A stretch of 54,653 bases of DNA from Octopus sinensis (GCF_006345805.1 NW_021833838.1:1-54653), one strand, 5' to 3'. Shown: positions 23,271 to 37,279, numbered from the stretch's first letter. Made by a program: numbers and translations. The notes: generated by a model from the letters alone, not told the origin.

Positions 23271-24166
23271 GCTCACATAAGCGCACACGCATACCCACAA
23301 CACAATCAGATGTAATCATACCCAAACACAAAATGGAATTAAATAGAGACCACACACAGCAAAATATAAATGATGACGATGATATATAAAAATGAACTCT
23401 ATCTTAAAATTTGTCTCTGTGAAGTGCAAAATCCTGGCAATTAACTGATATAAGAAATGGTTTTGTAACTGCAGATAGAAAGATATGGGAATAAGAAATG
23501 CATGTCATATGACTGCATAGTTTTACACGTTTGATTTGAAATTATGTGATGATGTGTTGGACCTCAGAGGGCAATATGTTGTGGAGCAACAAATGAAATT
23601 TAATATTGTTAGGGCTTGGGTTTGAGTTGGTGAAGCTGTATCTGTCGACGTCAGAAACGTGCAATGGCGAAGGGAATATCTGAATATTAAAATCCTGCTA
23701 ACATTGCATTGGGAAATAAGATGCAGAAGAGAGGACTCAAATACAGCGTGACTGAGCAGAGAAATAGTGATTGGCATATCGAGTAGTGTTGTCTGGAGAT
23801 TGTATGCAATTAATTAGAGTTCTTCACTTAACGTTTGACATGTAATCAGTTGAATATATTTTCTGGTTCCAGTACAAACAAGAAGAAGAAGGGGGACATC
23901 ATGAGTATAACTGTTAGGAGAATATCCTTATAGATAGCAGAACGAGAACGATATACTCGAAATGTTGAGAATGTTACGAAAAATGACATGCACCAGAATG
24001 GCCTCCTCCCAGCACTTGTTTTATTTGTTTCTTCCCCATCCTCCTTCCTTATCTTCCACTCAATCTCTCTAAGTCTTCTTTTAATAATTTTCTATTCAAT
24101 TTTCTATTCATTCTCACACTTTTCAACTCTATCCTTCACCAACAGTAAACTTCGACGCCAGAACCT

Positions 24167-24200
24167 TTCCTGACGAAGGGTTTTGATCCGAAACGTTGGA
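24167..24200 (+). ncRNA. Minimal type I hammerhead-like motif with intact CUGACGA and GAAAC
   Basis: UUC CUGACGA A GGGU-UUUG-AUCC GAAAC GUU GGA; palindromic ACGU stem III; cleavage triplet GUU 24195-97. Confidence 0.55.
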
Positions 24201-25608
24201 TTTTCCTTATTCCCTCCTTCCCCCAGCATAAACTATATTGTACTGTTTTACTTCTTTTGCATTAGTTATAAATAGTATATTTGAAAACAGTAGTAGAAAT
24301 TATAAGTTTATAATGAGGCGACTTAATAAAACATGGACGATTTCCAGTTGTAGCTATATCGCTTACGCTGTTGATGTAACTGGGAAAGGCATGAATGTTA
24401 TAAATTCTATTCTATTCCACTTCTGAAGCTAATGATCTCTGTTCTGCTAATGAACGAACGTCCTAAATCAGTAAACCAGAGATTTACCCTTATTTCACCA
24501 CAAATCCACCCCACAAAGAGCAATCATAACTGCTGTTCTTTGTATCAATGATCCTTTCTATTGATTATCATTTGCATCGACCTTCATTGCTTGTCATTTT
24601 TATCGATTATCATCTGTATCGATTGCCGTTTGTATAGATCGGTGATGGCGAACCACTTTTATTCTGAAGTTCCCGAAATTTAATATTTAATTTAATCCTT
24701 TTTTTTCTTGTTTTTTTTTTTGTGTTTTTTTTGAGTGCCTCATCTATTTTAGTTTGAGGTAAATTGTTATAGTAAATATTTTATTACATAATAATCAAAG
24801 AAGGCATTTTTTTTTCAGAGTCCCTCGATGCATCGCTGCTGATACGTCTGTCACTGATTTTGCCATAATTGCTATTGATTATCAGTTTTATCGATTATCA
24901 TTTCGTTTGTATTGTCATTTGTATTGATTGTCTCGATTATATTGATCTTTCTTTGCATCGATTAACTTTTGTATTGAAAATTGATTGCATGGATTGTGGG
25001 GGTTTTTTTATAGAAGAAGAAGAAGAACAACAACAACAACAGCAGCATCAAAGGTGGGAGAAAGGAGGAGAGGAAGAGAGAAGTAGAGGAGGAGGAGGTG
25101 AAGGGGATGAGGGGAAGAAGGGCTGAAAGGGAGGAGAAAGAAGAGGAGGAAGAAGACGAGGTGGAAGAGGAGAAAGAAGAAGAAGAAGAAGAAGAAGAAG
25201 GAGGAGGAGGAGGAGAAGGAGGATAAGGAGGAGAAGGAGAAGGAGAAGAAGACGAGGAGATGGTTGTGGTCGTGGTGGTGGTGGAGGAGGAAGTGCTACG
25301 TTGATTCAAACGATTTATGAGGTACCAGGGAGCGAGAAGGGGATGCCAAAGGTTCATTAAACAAACCAAATGTTTCGTTAGATTGGAAATGCTGCGATGA
25401 AAATCTTCTCATCGGCCTCGGAGAGCGACAACATGAAAGTATTCTGCCGTGTGATTCTAGAAATCCAGGAATGGCAATCAAATTCTTTAATGTATATAAT
25501 AATTACAATGCTGCGGACCGAGCTGCGTGTTGTGTTCTTGAGCAAGACTCTTTATTCTAAATACTCTTTATTTCGTATATATACATATATGTGTGTATGT
25601 GTGTGTGT

Positions 25609-25650
<42 letters not shown>

Positions 25651-26465
25651 TGTGTGTCCTTCTGTCCAGTACTCCGAAGCATCAAAGTCTGGCAACAGGC
25701 TTGACACTAGGATGAGAGAGAGAGAGAGACCAAAGTGTACATACGCCGCTATATATTTTTATATATAAAAAATGGGACAAGAGCGGAAAACATCCAGATA
25801 GATAATGCAAAGAAAACAAGTACGGGTCATTCGGAGGTTTCTTTCCTCAGTCGAGTTCCAGATTATCGTTGCAATTTCGGTTGTTTATACTCGAAATTGC
25901 TCCAATCTGGCCAGCCCCAATGAAAACTAAGCGAAGGACAGTAGATTCCTTTGAAGAAAGCAGCGAATGTATACGAAAACAAAGACGGAAAATAACGGAA
26001 AATGTTACACAAATACAAATAACAGGACATAACAACAGGTGTCTTTCGACTAAGGACGAATTAAATTAAGCTGGCATGTGTGGAAGTAAAGCCTTACGGC
26101 AGAGACACAGAATTTCACTAGCACAGGGAGGAATATAGATGTTGCACGGATGGTCGTCGAACCAAGAAAGAAAGGTCAGGTTTCGCCGAACACCTGTCGC
26201 GTGGGGAGAGAAGAGAGAGAGGTAGAGGCAGAGGGACAGAAGAAATAAGGAGGGGCGAGAAAAAATGAAAAGGACACAGTGAAGTGAAAAGAGGAGGGAA
26301 AGTTAGCATGAAGAGGAGGCTAGGAAATGTGGGAGAGGTCGAAACGAAACAACGAAGAGTGGAATGAACGAAGTAAGCGTTTCACTTCACTGTGTCCCTG
26401 TCATTTTTTCTCGCCCCTCATTATTTCTTCTATCCTTCTGCCCCCTCTCTCTCTCTCCTCTCTCT

Positions 26466-26533
<68 letters not shown>

Positions 26534-26550
26534 ATATATATATAATATAA

Positions 26551-27454
26551 CGAGGTCTGATCAATAAGTATCCAGACTATTGCCATAGTAACAAAGCTAA
26601 AGCATGCAGACTGAAGCCGCATCACAAAGATTGTCGTTAAACTCTGCTGTGCATGCACACAAAATTTTAACGTTCTAACTCACTTCCGCTGTTTACACCA
26701 GTGCTTGGAAAGAAGGTGTGTAGCGTGTGATCATCGCGTTGACCATGACAAAGAAAGTTGTCATGGCGATACCTGCTCATAGGCCTACGCAAAGTTGCAG
26801 AAAGTATATGGAGAGGAGTGTGCGTGTCAAACACAAGTGTGGGAGTGGTTCAGACGCTTCCAACAAGGCCGAAAAAATTACGATAGCGACGAACGTTCTG
26901 GGAGACCCGCAACTAGCAGTACTGAGAAAAATATTGCAGATGTGCGTGCAGCTGTGAAAGGAAATAGTCCAATCACCATCTGTGAGTTATCAGAGGATGT
27001 CCAGATTAGTTATGGTACAGTTCCGATCATTATCCCTGAATATATGAGCATGAGACCCCTGTCTGCCAAAACTGCTTTCAGCTTACCAAAAAGAAAAAGA
27101 AAGAAAGAAAGAGACTCTCGGATTTCAGTTATACAAGATCTCCTTGATTGTGTCGAGAACGATGAAAACTTTTTGAAAACTTTGCGTAGGCCTCTAAACA
27201 GGTATCGCCAAGCTTTTGACAAAATTTGATGCAAATTCTCTGCTAAACTTTCTCTGTCATAGTCAATGCGACGATCACACGCTACACACCTACCTTCCAA
27301 GCACTGCTGTAAACAGCGGAAGTGAATGAAAACGCCAAAGCTTTGTGCACATGCATTGAAGATTTCAAGGTCAATCTGTGCCAAGCGGCTTCCGGCTGCA
27401 TGCTTCAGCTTCGTTACTATGGTAACAGTCCGGATACTTAATGATGAGACGATG
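26551..27454 (+). mobile_element. Mariner deletion derivative retaining the N-terminal DNA-binding region
   Basis: Imperfect terminal inverted repeats of about 70 bp (cgaggtctgatcaataagtatccagact...gaagccgc and gcggcttcc...agtccggatacttaatgatgagac); ORF 26795-27229 VYGEEC...VWEWFRRFQQGR...DERSGRPATS...ISYGTV...QDLLDCVENDENFL matches the mariner HTH region; no DDD catalytic domain. Confidence 0.92.
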
Positions 27455-27476
27455 CATGTGTATGTATATATATATA

Positions 27477-27539
<63 letters not shown>

Positions 27540-27544
<5 letters not shown>

Positions 27545-27545
27545 T

Positions 27546-27599
<54 letters not shown>

Positions 27600-27600
27600 T

Positions 27601-27656
<56 letters not shown>

Positions 27657-27657
27657 T

Positions 27658-27714
<57 letters not shown>

Positions 27715-27718
27715 AAGG

Positions 27719-27782
<64 letters not shown>

Positions 27783-27808
27783 AAGGAAGATAGATAGATG
27801 GATAGATG

Positions 27809-27888
<80 letters not shown>
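27540..27888. repeat. (GATA)n microsatellite
   Basis: Direct reading, about 85 units. Confidence 0.97.
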
Positions 27889-27889
<1 letters not shown>

Positions 27890-28579
27890 GACCTAACCAG
27901 ACTGGTGCCTAACTGCGTCGGTGAAAATTGTATTTATTGATATGAGTGTATATGCATGTATACACGTGAGTGTGTGTGTGTAATTAATCAGATTGAATAG
28001 GAACAATATCAATGCAGCTGCTACGTTATACATTTAATCTTCTTAACTTCCATCATTGACAGATTTATTAATGACGAAAATTAAGCTCCTTAAATTTTCA
28101 ATATTTTTTTGTCATAATTTTTTTTCTTTTTCCTTTTTTTTTTGGTTATGTTTGTTGTTTCTTACAAGCTGGCTTTAATTTCGTTTACATTGTAATGTCG
28201 TCTGGTTTGTTGGGTATATCGTTGGTTGATTAAATGTTTGGTTCAATGTTAAGTCGATATTGTTTGTTTGTTTTCTTTGTTTTGGGTGGGTTGGTTGGTC
28301 GATTGGCTGGTTGGTTGATTGCCATTTTAAAAGGTGAGAATATAGCAGAATCTGTAGAACACCCCACAAAATTGTTTTACACTATTTGATTACGTTATTT
28401 TCCATGATTTAAAACTAAAATAATACGAAATATTTTCCTTAGCTCAGCCTTCTAGGGTGTTTATCAAAAGGTGGAGGAGAATGGCAAGACTGGTGAGACT
28501 GAATGGATCTACTCCGAGTATACTTTTCTTTAAGAGTGTGGTTAGGAAGCATGCTTCTTACCACACTGCCACGCCTATA

Positions 28580-29326
28580 CATACACACATGCATACATAC
28601 ATACACACATACATACAACATACATACAAACATACATACATACATAATACATACATACATACATGCATACATGCATGCATGCATACATGCATACATACAT
28701 GCATACATACATACATACATGCATGCATACATGCATACAATAATGCATACATACATACAAACATACAAACATACATACATACATACATACATGCATACAT
28801 GCATACATGCATACATGCATACATACATGCATACATACATACATACATACATACATACATACATACATGCATACATGCATGCATGCATACATGCATACAT
28901 ACATGCATACATACATACATACATACATACAAACATACATACATACATGCATACATGCATGCATGCATACATACATACATACATACATACATACACACAT
29001 ACATACATACATAGATTCATACATACATACATACATATATACATACAAACATACATACATACATACTTACATGCATACATGCATACATACATACATACAT
29101 ACATACATACACACATACATACATACATACATACATGCATACATACATACATACAACATACATACATACATACATACATACATACATACATACATACATA
29201 CATACATACATAGATTCATACATACATACATACATACATACATACATGCATACATACATACATGCATACATACATACATACATACATACATACATACATA
29301 CATACATGCATACATGCATACATACA

Positions 29327-29358
<32 letters not shown>

Positions 29359-29605
29359 CACATACATATATACATACATAATACATACATATATACATAC
29401 ATGCATACATACATAAATACATAAATACATACACACATACACACATACATACATACATACATACATACATACATACACACATATACACATACATACATAC
29501 ATACATAAATACAACCATACATACATGCATACATACATACATAAATACAAACATACATACATACATACATGCATACATACATACATACATACATACATAC
29601 ATGCA
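28580..29605. repeat. About 1-kb (CATA/CATG)n microsatellite
   Basis: Direct reading; source of many HTYI/MYVC ORFs. Confidence 0.97.
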
Positions 29606-29730
29606 TATACGTATGAATGAATATATTTATATCTATATCTATTTATTTACTTTTGTCTCTCTTTTTCTATCTACACACACACGCACATCTATCTGCCTGT
29701 CTGTCTGTCCCTCTCTCTCTCTCTCTCTCT

Positions 29731-29800
<70 letters not shown>

Positions 29801-30543
29801 AGATAGATAGATAGATATACTACTTGACTACACACACACACAAATATATATATATGTATACATAGATACATAGATACATAGATACATACATACATACATA
29901 CATACATACTTACATACATACATACATACATACATACATGGCATAATATGAGATAATACAAATGACAAGAGAACAAGAAATTATGCAAAGTACTCATAGT
30001 TGAGTGCTTGTGTGTCATTCTATAGCTTCGTCGGAGCTTCAAAAATGAAGTGCAATTTTATTTCGGATGTCATTTATATAAATGGAAAACCTCACCAAAA
30101 CGTAGAATCGAGTTTGAAGGGGAAAAGCTATTCCCAGAAATATGTAGATATAGAGAACTCTGTGTATGTGCTTTAGAATTTCGCTATATAAACTCTGGAG
30201 TTCGATGTGTATCTTTGACAAATGTCTTCTATCTTAACTTTGGTCACTCAAGCCTTGACGGAAAGTATCTGGCTGTGTGCATGTGCGTGCGCACATGCCT
30301 GTGCTTGCGCGCGTGAGATTGTGTATGTGTTTGTGAGTACTAAAGTGCGCGCTCTAAAGGAAAATGGGTACGCTTCTGACAAATCGATATCGCATGGCTC
30401 TCTTAAATTCGATTGGATAGAAAACTATTCCAGCTTTCTTGCATGAGAAACCCACAAAGCTTATAGTTCCCGTCTCAATTTATCCGCCTAAAATAAGTGA
30501 TGCAGATCAATTTATATATACATATCGTGCTTAGTACTTCAGC

Positions 30544-30862
30544 GAAGGCGCATGGCTTAGTAGTTAGAGCGTCAGACTCACAATCATGCGGTAGTGAGTT
30601 CGATTCCCGGACCAGGTTGTGTGTTGTGTTGAGTTGTGTTCTTGAGCAAGACACTTTATTTCATGTTGCTCCAGATCACTCAGCTGTCGAAACGAGTTGC
30701 GACGTCACTGGTGCCAGGCTGTACCGGCCTTTGTCCTTCCCTTGAATAACATCGTTGGCGTGGAGAGCAGAGACTGGTATGCATGGGCGACTGCTGGTCT
30801 TCCATAAACAACTTTACCCGGACCTGTTCTTATAGTCATTCATGACCGAAGGGGGGTCTTTT
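30544..30862 (+). mobile_element. Family C SINE, near full length
   Basis: Homologous to 11058 and 39794; ends gaccgaaggggggtcttt. Confidence 0.9.
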
Positions 30863-31134
30863 AGTCCTTCAGCATTGAGTTGCGTTTTGTCCAAGACATT
30901 CTATCCAAGATATTCTTAAAAGTCTTTTTTGTACTCCTTCCTCAAAGACCTATAATCTATTCGACAACACTTCTGTTTATGCCAACATTTTATCTCCCTG
31001 TTATAATGTGGATTACTCCAGAATTTTTGCATTTTTTTCCTGTTTTCCATGATGGTGTTTTTTCATCAAGCGTTTTCAAACGACTTTCTTGCTATCTCAG
31101 CCCTTCTCAACACATGCCTTCTAATATCAGTTTC

Positions 31135-31610
31135 AAATCTTGGCACAAAGCCATCAAATTCGGGGGAGGGGTAAGTCGTTTACATCGATCCCAGTACTCG
31201 ACTGGTATTTATTTTACTGATAGGAGCACTCCGTCGGTTACGACGACGAGGGTCCCAGCTGATACGATCAACGGAACAACTTGCTCGTGAAATTAACGTG
31301 CAAGTGGCTGAGCACTCCACAGACACGTGTACCCTTAACGTAGTTCTCAGGGAGATTCAGCGTGACACAAAGTGTGACAAGGCTGGCCCTTTGAAATACA
31401 GGTACAACTCATTTTTGCCAGCTGAGTGGACTGGAGCAACGTGAAATAAAGTGTCTTGCTCAAGGACACAACGCATCGCCGGGAATCGAACTCACGACCT
31501 TACAATCGTCAGTCGAATGCCCTAACCACTAAGCCACGCGCCTTCACAATATTTTACTGATACCCAATGAATGAAAGGCAAAGTCACCCTCGGAGGCATC
31601 ATTTCATATA
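31135..31610 (-). mobile_element. Family B SINE fragment split by a family E insertion
   Basis: Family B sequence (gggtaagtcgtttacatcgatcccagtactcgactggtatttattttactga) resumes after 31562 (cccaatgaatgaaaggcaaagtc). Confidence 0.78.
31223..31549 (-). mobile_element. tRNA-derived SINE, family E, with 13-bp TSD
   Basis: Head gaaggcgcgtggcttagtggttagggc...gagttcgattccc; shares the ttgagcaagacactttatttcacgttgctccag block with family C; TSD tattttactgata at 31210-22 and 31550-62. Confidence 0.92.
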
Positions 31611-31726
31611 GTCATGCGTGTTCGTGTCTATGTGTGTGCGCGCGCGCGCGTGTGTGTGTGAGTTTCATTAAGAGGGAGCCCTCTGCGTGGTCACCTGATA
31701 TGCTAAAGATAACAGGCAAACATTAT

Positions 31727-31954
31727 TACTCTCTCTTTACTTGTTTCAGTCATTTGACTGTGCCCATGCTGGAGCACCGCCTTTAGTCGAGCAAATCGAC
31801 CCCAGGACTTATTCTTTGTAAGCCTAGTACTTATTCTATCGGTCTATTTTGCCCGAAGCTATAGTAGAAGACACTTGCCCAAAGTGCCACGCTGTGGGAC
31901 TGAACCCGGAACCTTGTGGTTGGTAAGCAAGCTACTTACCACACATCCACTCCT
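31727..31954 (-). mobile_element. Family A SINE with central deletion
   Basis: Head and tail blocks joined at tttgcccgaagctatagtagaagacac. Confidence 0.9.
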
Positions 31955-32314
31955 AACAGGCAAGCATTATTGTCAAAGATAAGGAAAAGACAGATTTTAA
32001 TAAAGTAGTCTTTGATATACAGCAAAAGGACGGAATGGCCACGTTCCGGAATGTTTTTGATCATAGATTTTTGCTTGATGAATGCTGATTTGCAATTAAT
32101 TATCATCAACAACAACAACAACAACAATAACAACAACAACATGTTACTTGTTTGTTTTCTTTTTGTATTTTATTACTCAGCATAAAGGATTATGTTTGCG
32201 TTCCCACGAGAGAAATATTGAAATACGTCTTGAGAAGCAAGAAACCACTTCCTGCAATGTCTCTGCAAGAGACTTTTCATCAGAGTTTCTTTTTCATTGC
32301 TGATGTTGCTGTTG

Positions 32315-32353
<39 letters not shown>

Positions 32354-32834
32354 TTGTTGTTGTTTATTACCACAAAACGTACACCGGAAGTATAAAATTT
32401 TTTTCTGCTTACTGAAAGTCGAAACCAAAGTATTGGCCAACACATATCTGATTCAACATGAATTAGCGGTGACCGTGAAACACCACACGGAAACTTCGTG
32501 CAGTATTTCGTTTCGTCTCTCAGCACCCTGAGTTCAAATCTCACCAGGACCGCATTTAACTTAATCTCTTTGTATTTCTCCCCACTCTTCGGGGTTGAGG
32601 AAGGAAAACATTACAGCACGGGGATATACAATTGATTTCCTTTTACCCCGAACAAAATACTCGTTTTCCGCCAAAGTAACAAGAAATCTGTTGGGAACTG
32701 TAAGTCAATATACTTATTTTTGAAGCCAAAATATTTTCTCTGCTGTTTTTCTGCAAAGAGAACGAATGAATTTTAATCGGATTTACGTATACACACACAC
32801 GCGCGCGCTCACAATATAAATAATAATAATTCCT

Positions 32835-33241
32835 CATAATTATGGCACAAGGCTAGTAATTCTGTAGTGAGGGTAAGTCGATTACGTCACCCCAGTACTC
32901 AACTGGTACTTATTTTATCGATCCCAAAAGGATGAAAAGCAAAGTCGACCTCGGCAGAATTTGAACTAACAACGCACAGACGGATGGAATACCGCAAAGC
33001 ATTTTGCGTGGAGTTCTAGCGATTCTACCAGCTTGCCAACTTAATAATCCTTTCTGATATTAGGGAGAGCGAGCTAGTCAATTAGATCGACGCCAGTACG
33101 CAATTGGTACTTAATTTATCGACCCCGAAAAGATGAAAGTGAAAATCAACTTCGGCGGAATTTGAAATCAGAATGTAAAGACGGGCGAAATACCGCCAAA
33201 CATTTCGTCCAGCGTGCTTCCGATCCTGCCAGCTCACCGCC

Positions 33242-33243
<2 letters not shown>
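32835..33243 (-). mobile_element. Two adjacent family B SINEs (32835-33042 and 33078-33243), followed by (TAA)n
   Basis: Each matches the reverse complement of the family B head and body. Confidence 0.85.
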
Positions 33244-33309
<66 letters not shown>

Positions 33310-33712
33310 CCTTTCTTTATTAGCCACAAGGGCCGACAAAAATAAGATTAGACATTACAAACCATGAAGAACAAAGTTGGGTTGCATAAGGTGCCGTGTA
33401 AAATGTCAATAACAATGAAAAATATAACAAAGAAAAAGCGACTCTAGGCTACACATGACGACCCCACGAAAAATCCACAAGTGCCACGACCGCTAGGACA
33501 ACAGCCCTCTCCCCATCATTTCTCTCTCTCTCTCACTCTCTCTCTCTCTCTCTTTCTCTCTATCTCTCTCAGTCTTGGAAAATCAAAAGTTGACACGGGC
33601 CATCTTCACCACATCCACCCACCGTTTAACAACATTGCTGGAAGTCAGCACTTCTCGCTCAATCCTCACTTGGAATCAGTTGATAACCGGACACATCCTA
33701 CACGTGACAACA

Positions 33713-33993
33713 TGGGAAATACGAAGTTTGTGGTCAATGAAGAGAGTAGACGTGATACCAATAGTAATTGGCGCAATTGGCAGTATCAGCACTCAACTAC
33801 GAATATGGCTGAAAAAGATTGGTGCAAGTGTGAAGGTAGAACACCTATAAAAATCAGCATTGCTTGGAACTGCAAGAATTCTTCGCAGGATTCTTGAAGC
33901 ATGACCAGTAAACAAGTATCATCATAGTCTGCTGGCTGTGGAGAGCCGACACTTTCCATCATACCCAGCAAAATAAGTTGTGAGTTTTCATCA

Positions 33994-34032
<39 letters not shown>
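33713..34032 (+). mobile_element. R4/Dong-type non-LTR retrotransposon 3' end with (TAA)n tail
   Basis: WEIRSLWSMKRVDVIPIVIGAIGSISTQLRIWLKKIGASVKVEHL*KSALLGTARILRRILEA* (stop 33902-04), short UTR, then TAA repeat. Confidence 0.9.
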
Positions 34033-34034
<2 letters not shown>

Positions 34035-34636
34035 TCCTGCCCCAGGAAAAAATATATAGTTTTTGCATCAGAGAGGTAGAAATAATTTTATATAGAAACA
34101 AAACTAACGCGTACTGGGGGCGGACTGTACACTGCGTCGAATAAAATATGTGGGGAAAAACACGAGTAAGAAGTCGAAACCGGATCCCCAGATTAACATA
34201 GTAAGAGGTGTAGCCCCATTTTGATAAGTCTCACCATTAATCCCTTAATCTGGTTGCTGAGATACGAGGTGAAATATTTATTAAAAAATATGGGCGTGAC
34301 ATTCAAGGATTTTTTTTTCGTGTGGCAATAAGCGATATGACTTACGTAATTTTGCAAAAGGCTTGAGCGTCACAAAATCCCATTTTCTTAGAAATATTAT
34401 CCCTTTGTTCGGAATGGATAGGAATACAACATTCACGTGGTTGCTCGAGCTCCGAGAAACAACAACCAAATCTCTCTTGAATAGCATTCACACATTAAAA
34501 TAATGTAGTCCGAGATACCTATGCATAGACTGGTTAGACACAGCTGGAATATTTTTGACCATACGTCCTCTTGATCAATATTGACCTGGGGCTAAACGAC
34601 AGTAGAACTAACGGTATCAATATTTTAATTGGGTCA

Positions 34637-34850
34637 AGACGGTGAGCTAGCAGAATCGTCAGCATGCTGGGAAAATTGCTTAGCGGCATTTCGTCCGTCT
34701 TTATGTTCTGAGCTCAAATTCCGCCCCGGTTCATCCACTTTGCCTTTCATCCTGTCGGGGTCAATAAAATAAGTACTAATCGAGCACTGGGGTCGATGTT
34801 ATCGGCTTACAACCTCCCCGAAATTGCTGGCCTTGAGCCAAAATTTGAAA
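34637..34850 (+). mobile_element. Family B SINE (tail ccccgaaattgctggccttgagccaaaatttgaaa)
   Basis: Homology to the other family B copies. Confidence 0.85.
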
Positions 34851-34976
34851 GCAATATTTTAGTTGGGTTACACAACAATAATGAGAAAAGTGCCGTATGT
34901 GAAGGAATCTCAGAAAAAACTATTGGTGATAAAGCCATTGACTTAAAATCATAATGTCTTTGATTACGATTTAGAT

Positions 34977-35494
34977 TAGTGGTTTTCAATAGGTATCCGT
35001 GTAGCCTTGAGGGCTTATATAAGATTTGGGGCTGGATGGGGAGACACATAACAAAGCAATAAATTAGGGATTAAACAACTATATTTTAAGGGCCCCTAAA
35101 ATGATTTTGTACCAGATGAATTTATGTATTGCAAGAAACAGTTAGGTTTCTTTCCTTAACGTTTTACATAATTCGACATGTTTCCAGCCTCTGAAATACG
35201 TCCTATTGCAAAGCTATGCAAAGGAATGCGTATAAGGGGAAAAAATGGTATTTTGAAAGAAGTATCTATAAAACTAGATATATATAGGATACAGACAAGA
35301 TATAAACAAGGTATATGTATTGCAAGAGACATCTAAGTTTCTTTCTCTAACATTTTACATAGTTCAACCCACACAAATTAATGTGTGCAAACATTAATAA
35401 ATAACATTCTATAAAACTAGATTTTAAACACCGATTGGCTATGGGGGGGAGTCCACCAAAATAAAGTAGTAATCAAAATGGTTGAGAACCCCTG
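34977..35494. mobile_element. hAT (Charlie-like) MITE
   Basis: TIRs tagtggttttcaa / ttgagaacccctg; 8-bp TSD atttagat / gtttagat (7/8). Confidence 0.7.
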
Positions 35495-35811
35495 GTTTAG
35501 ATAGTCGTTCATGAAGATTAAATCACTTTGTTCTCTCTCTATACACCTCACGGTTATCCATGATTTAGGAGAGATTTAGTTGTTATTTTTAGCAGACCTA
35601 GTAACCATATACAGGCTCCAGATCGGACCATTTAATCAACAGACCACTCCACCTCCAAACCAACCAACTACCACCAACATCACCACCACCACCACCTCCA
35701 AGCACCACCACCACACTCAAACGAATGTCTCTATGTGTCTTCAATTATTTCGTGTTTCGTCTTGAATCAAACGTTTTCATGGCTACCTTGAAGGACTCGT
35801 AATCTTGTCAT

Positions 35812-35855
<44 letters not shown>

Positions 35856-36628
35856 TCCAATGAACACACACACACACATACACACACATCGCTCACTCTA
35901 TCTTTCTCTCTTCGGTCACCCCCCACCCCTTCCCGACTCACCCCCCCCACCCCCGTTCTCCTCCACTTTCAATCTCCTCCACTTTGTGATTTATTATGTC
36001 CACTATAAAGTCTATAATAGACACCAAACCACTTTCGCTACTAAATCTAATTCCAGAGTTGCTACTCAAGCCGAAACTCTTTATCTCGTTTCAGATTTTG
36101 CTTCTTATTTGTTTATTTATGCCATTGTTCGCTACTTCTGTTGTCGTTGTTGTTGTTGCTTATGTTATTATTTCATCTTCTAAAAGTCTTATTCTTAACT
36201 CTTTATTCAAAGTTGTGTCCTCTCAAATATTTTATTTGTCTCAAAACCTTTCCTTGTATTCACACTGCAAAAACCAAAAAAAAAAAAAAACAAATCTATA
36301 ATCGACTTCAGTTTATTTCTGTTTGCCTCTTTCTTTCTTTCTTTCTTTCTTTTACTTTTTGTCTTTTACTTTCTCTTGCTTCACTTTCTCTCTCTCTCTC
36401 CTTCTCTCTCTCTCTCGCTTACCCACAATCTTTCTCTCTCTATCTCTCTCACAGTTTATCTCTTCGTCTCTCAACCTTTCTACTCTCTTTTTATGTGTGT
36501 GTGTGTATGTGTGTGTTTGCCTTTCAATAAATCAAGAATTTATTTTGTAGAGTATTTAGTCTACCTTTTTCCATGTGTGTATGTGTATGCAAGGATGCAC
36601 CTCCCACACACATACACGTATATATAAG

Positions 36629-36699
<71 letters not shown>

Positions 36700-36713
36700 T
36701 ATATATATGTATG

Positions 36714-36756
<43 letters not shown>

Positions 36757-37279
36757 ATTTATATGTATATGTATATATGTATATACGCGCGCATTCATAC
36801 ACATAAACATACATACACTTAGTGACAACTTTGTTAGTCAGTTGCTATAGTTACCAAGTGTATTCGCTGCAAATTTATGATAGATGAAGTTGAGCACAAG
36901 TGTTGGGATGTGAGTGGGTGGATGGTGGTGGTCCTGTATGGGAGGGGGGTGATCGGGGTAACCGGGGTAGCCGGGGTGGTTGTCCGGTAAATACTATATA
37001 AAGATCTTAATGTAATTAATCATACCCTTATACATCAAATTGTGTGTCTATTCATGTCTGTCTACGTATGTAGCTGTATGTATATGTATGCATTTTATAT
37101 GTGTGTGTGAGTGTGTGTCTGTATGTGTGTGTGTATCCGGCAAGCAGGGTCGTGGGTTGAAAGTTCGCTTCAAAATTATTGGATTTAGATTCAGTCAGAC
37201 TGTGCCACACATTTTGTGTCCTCTTGAAGGGAATTTGGTCAACGGATACTGTGCAGATTCCGTTATGTATGTTGTTTTA

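Noticed and set aside
33575-33712. Possible inverted 5' piece of the R4 element (CRMC on the minus strand)
   Set aside because: Only four residues match the zinc-knuckle start; the rest does not fit.
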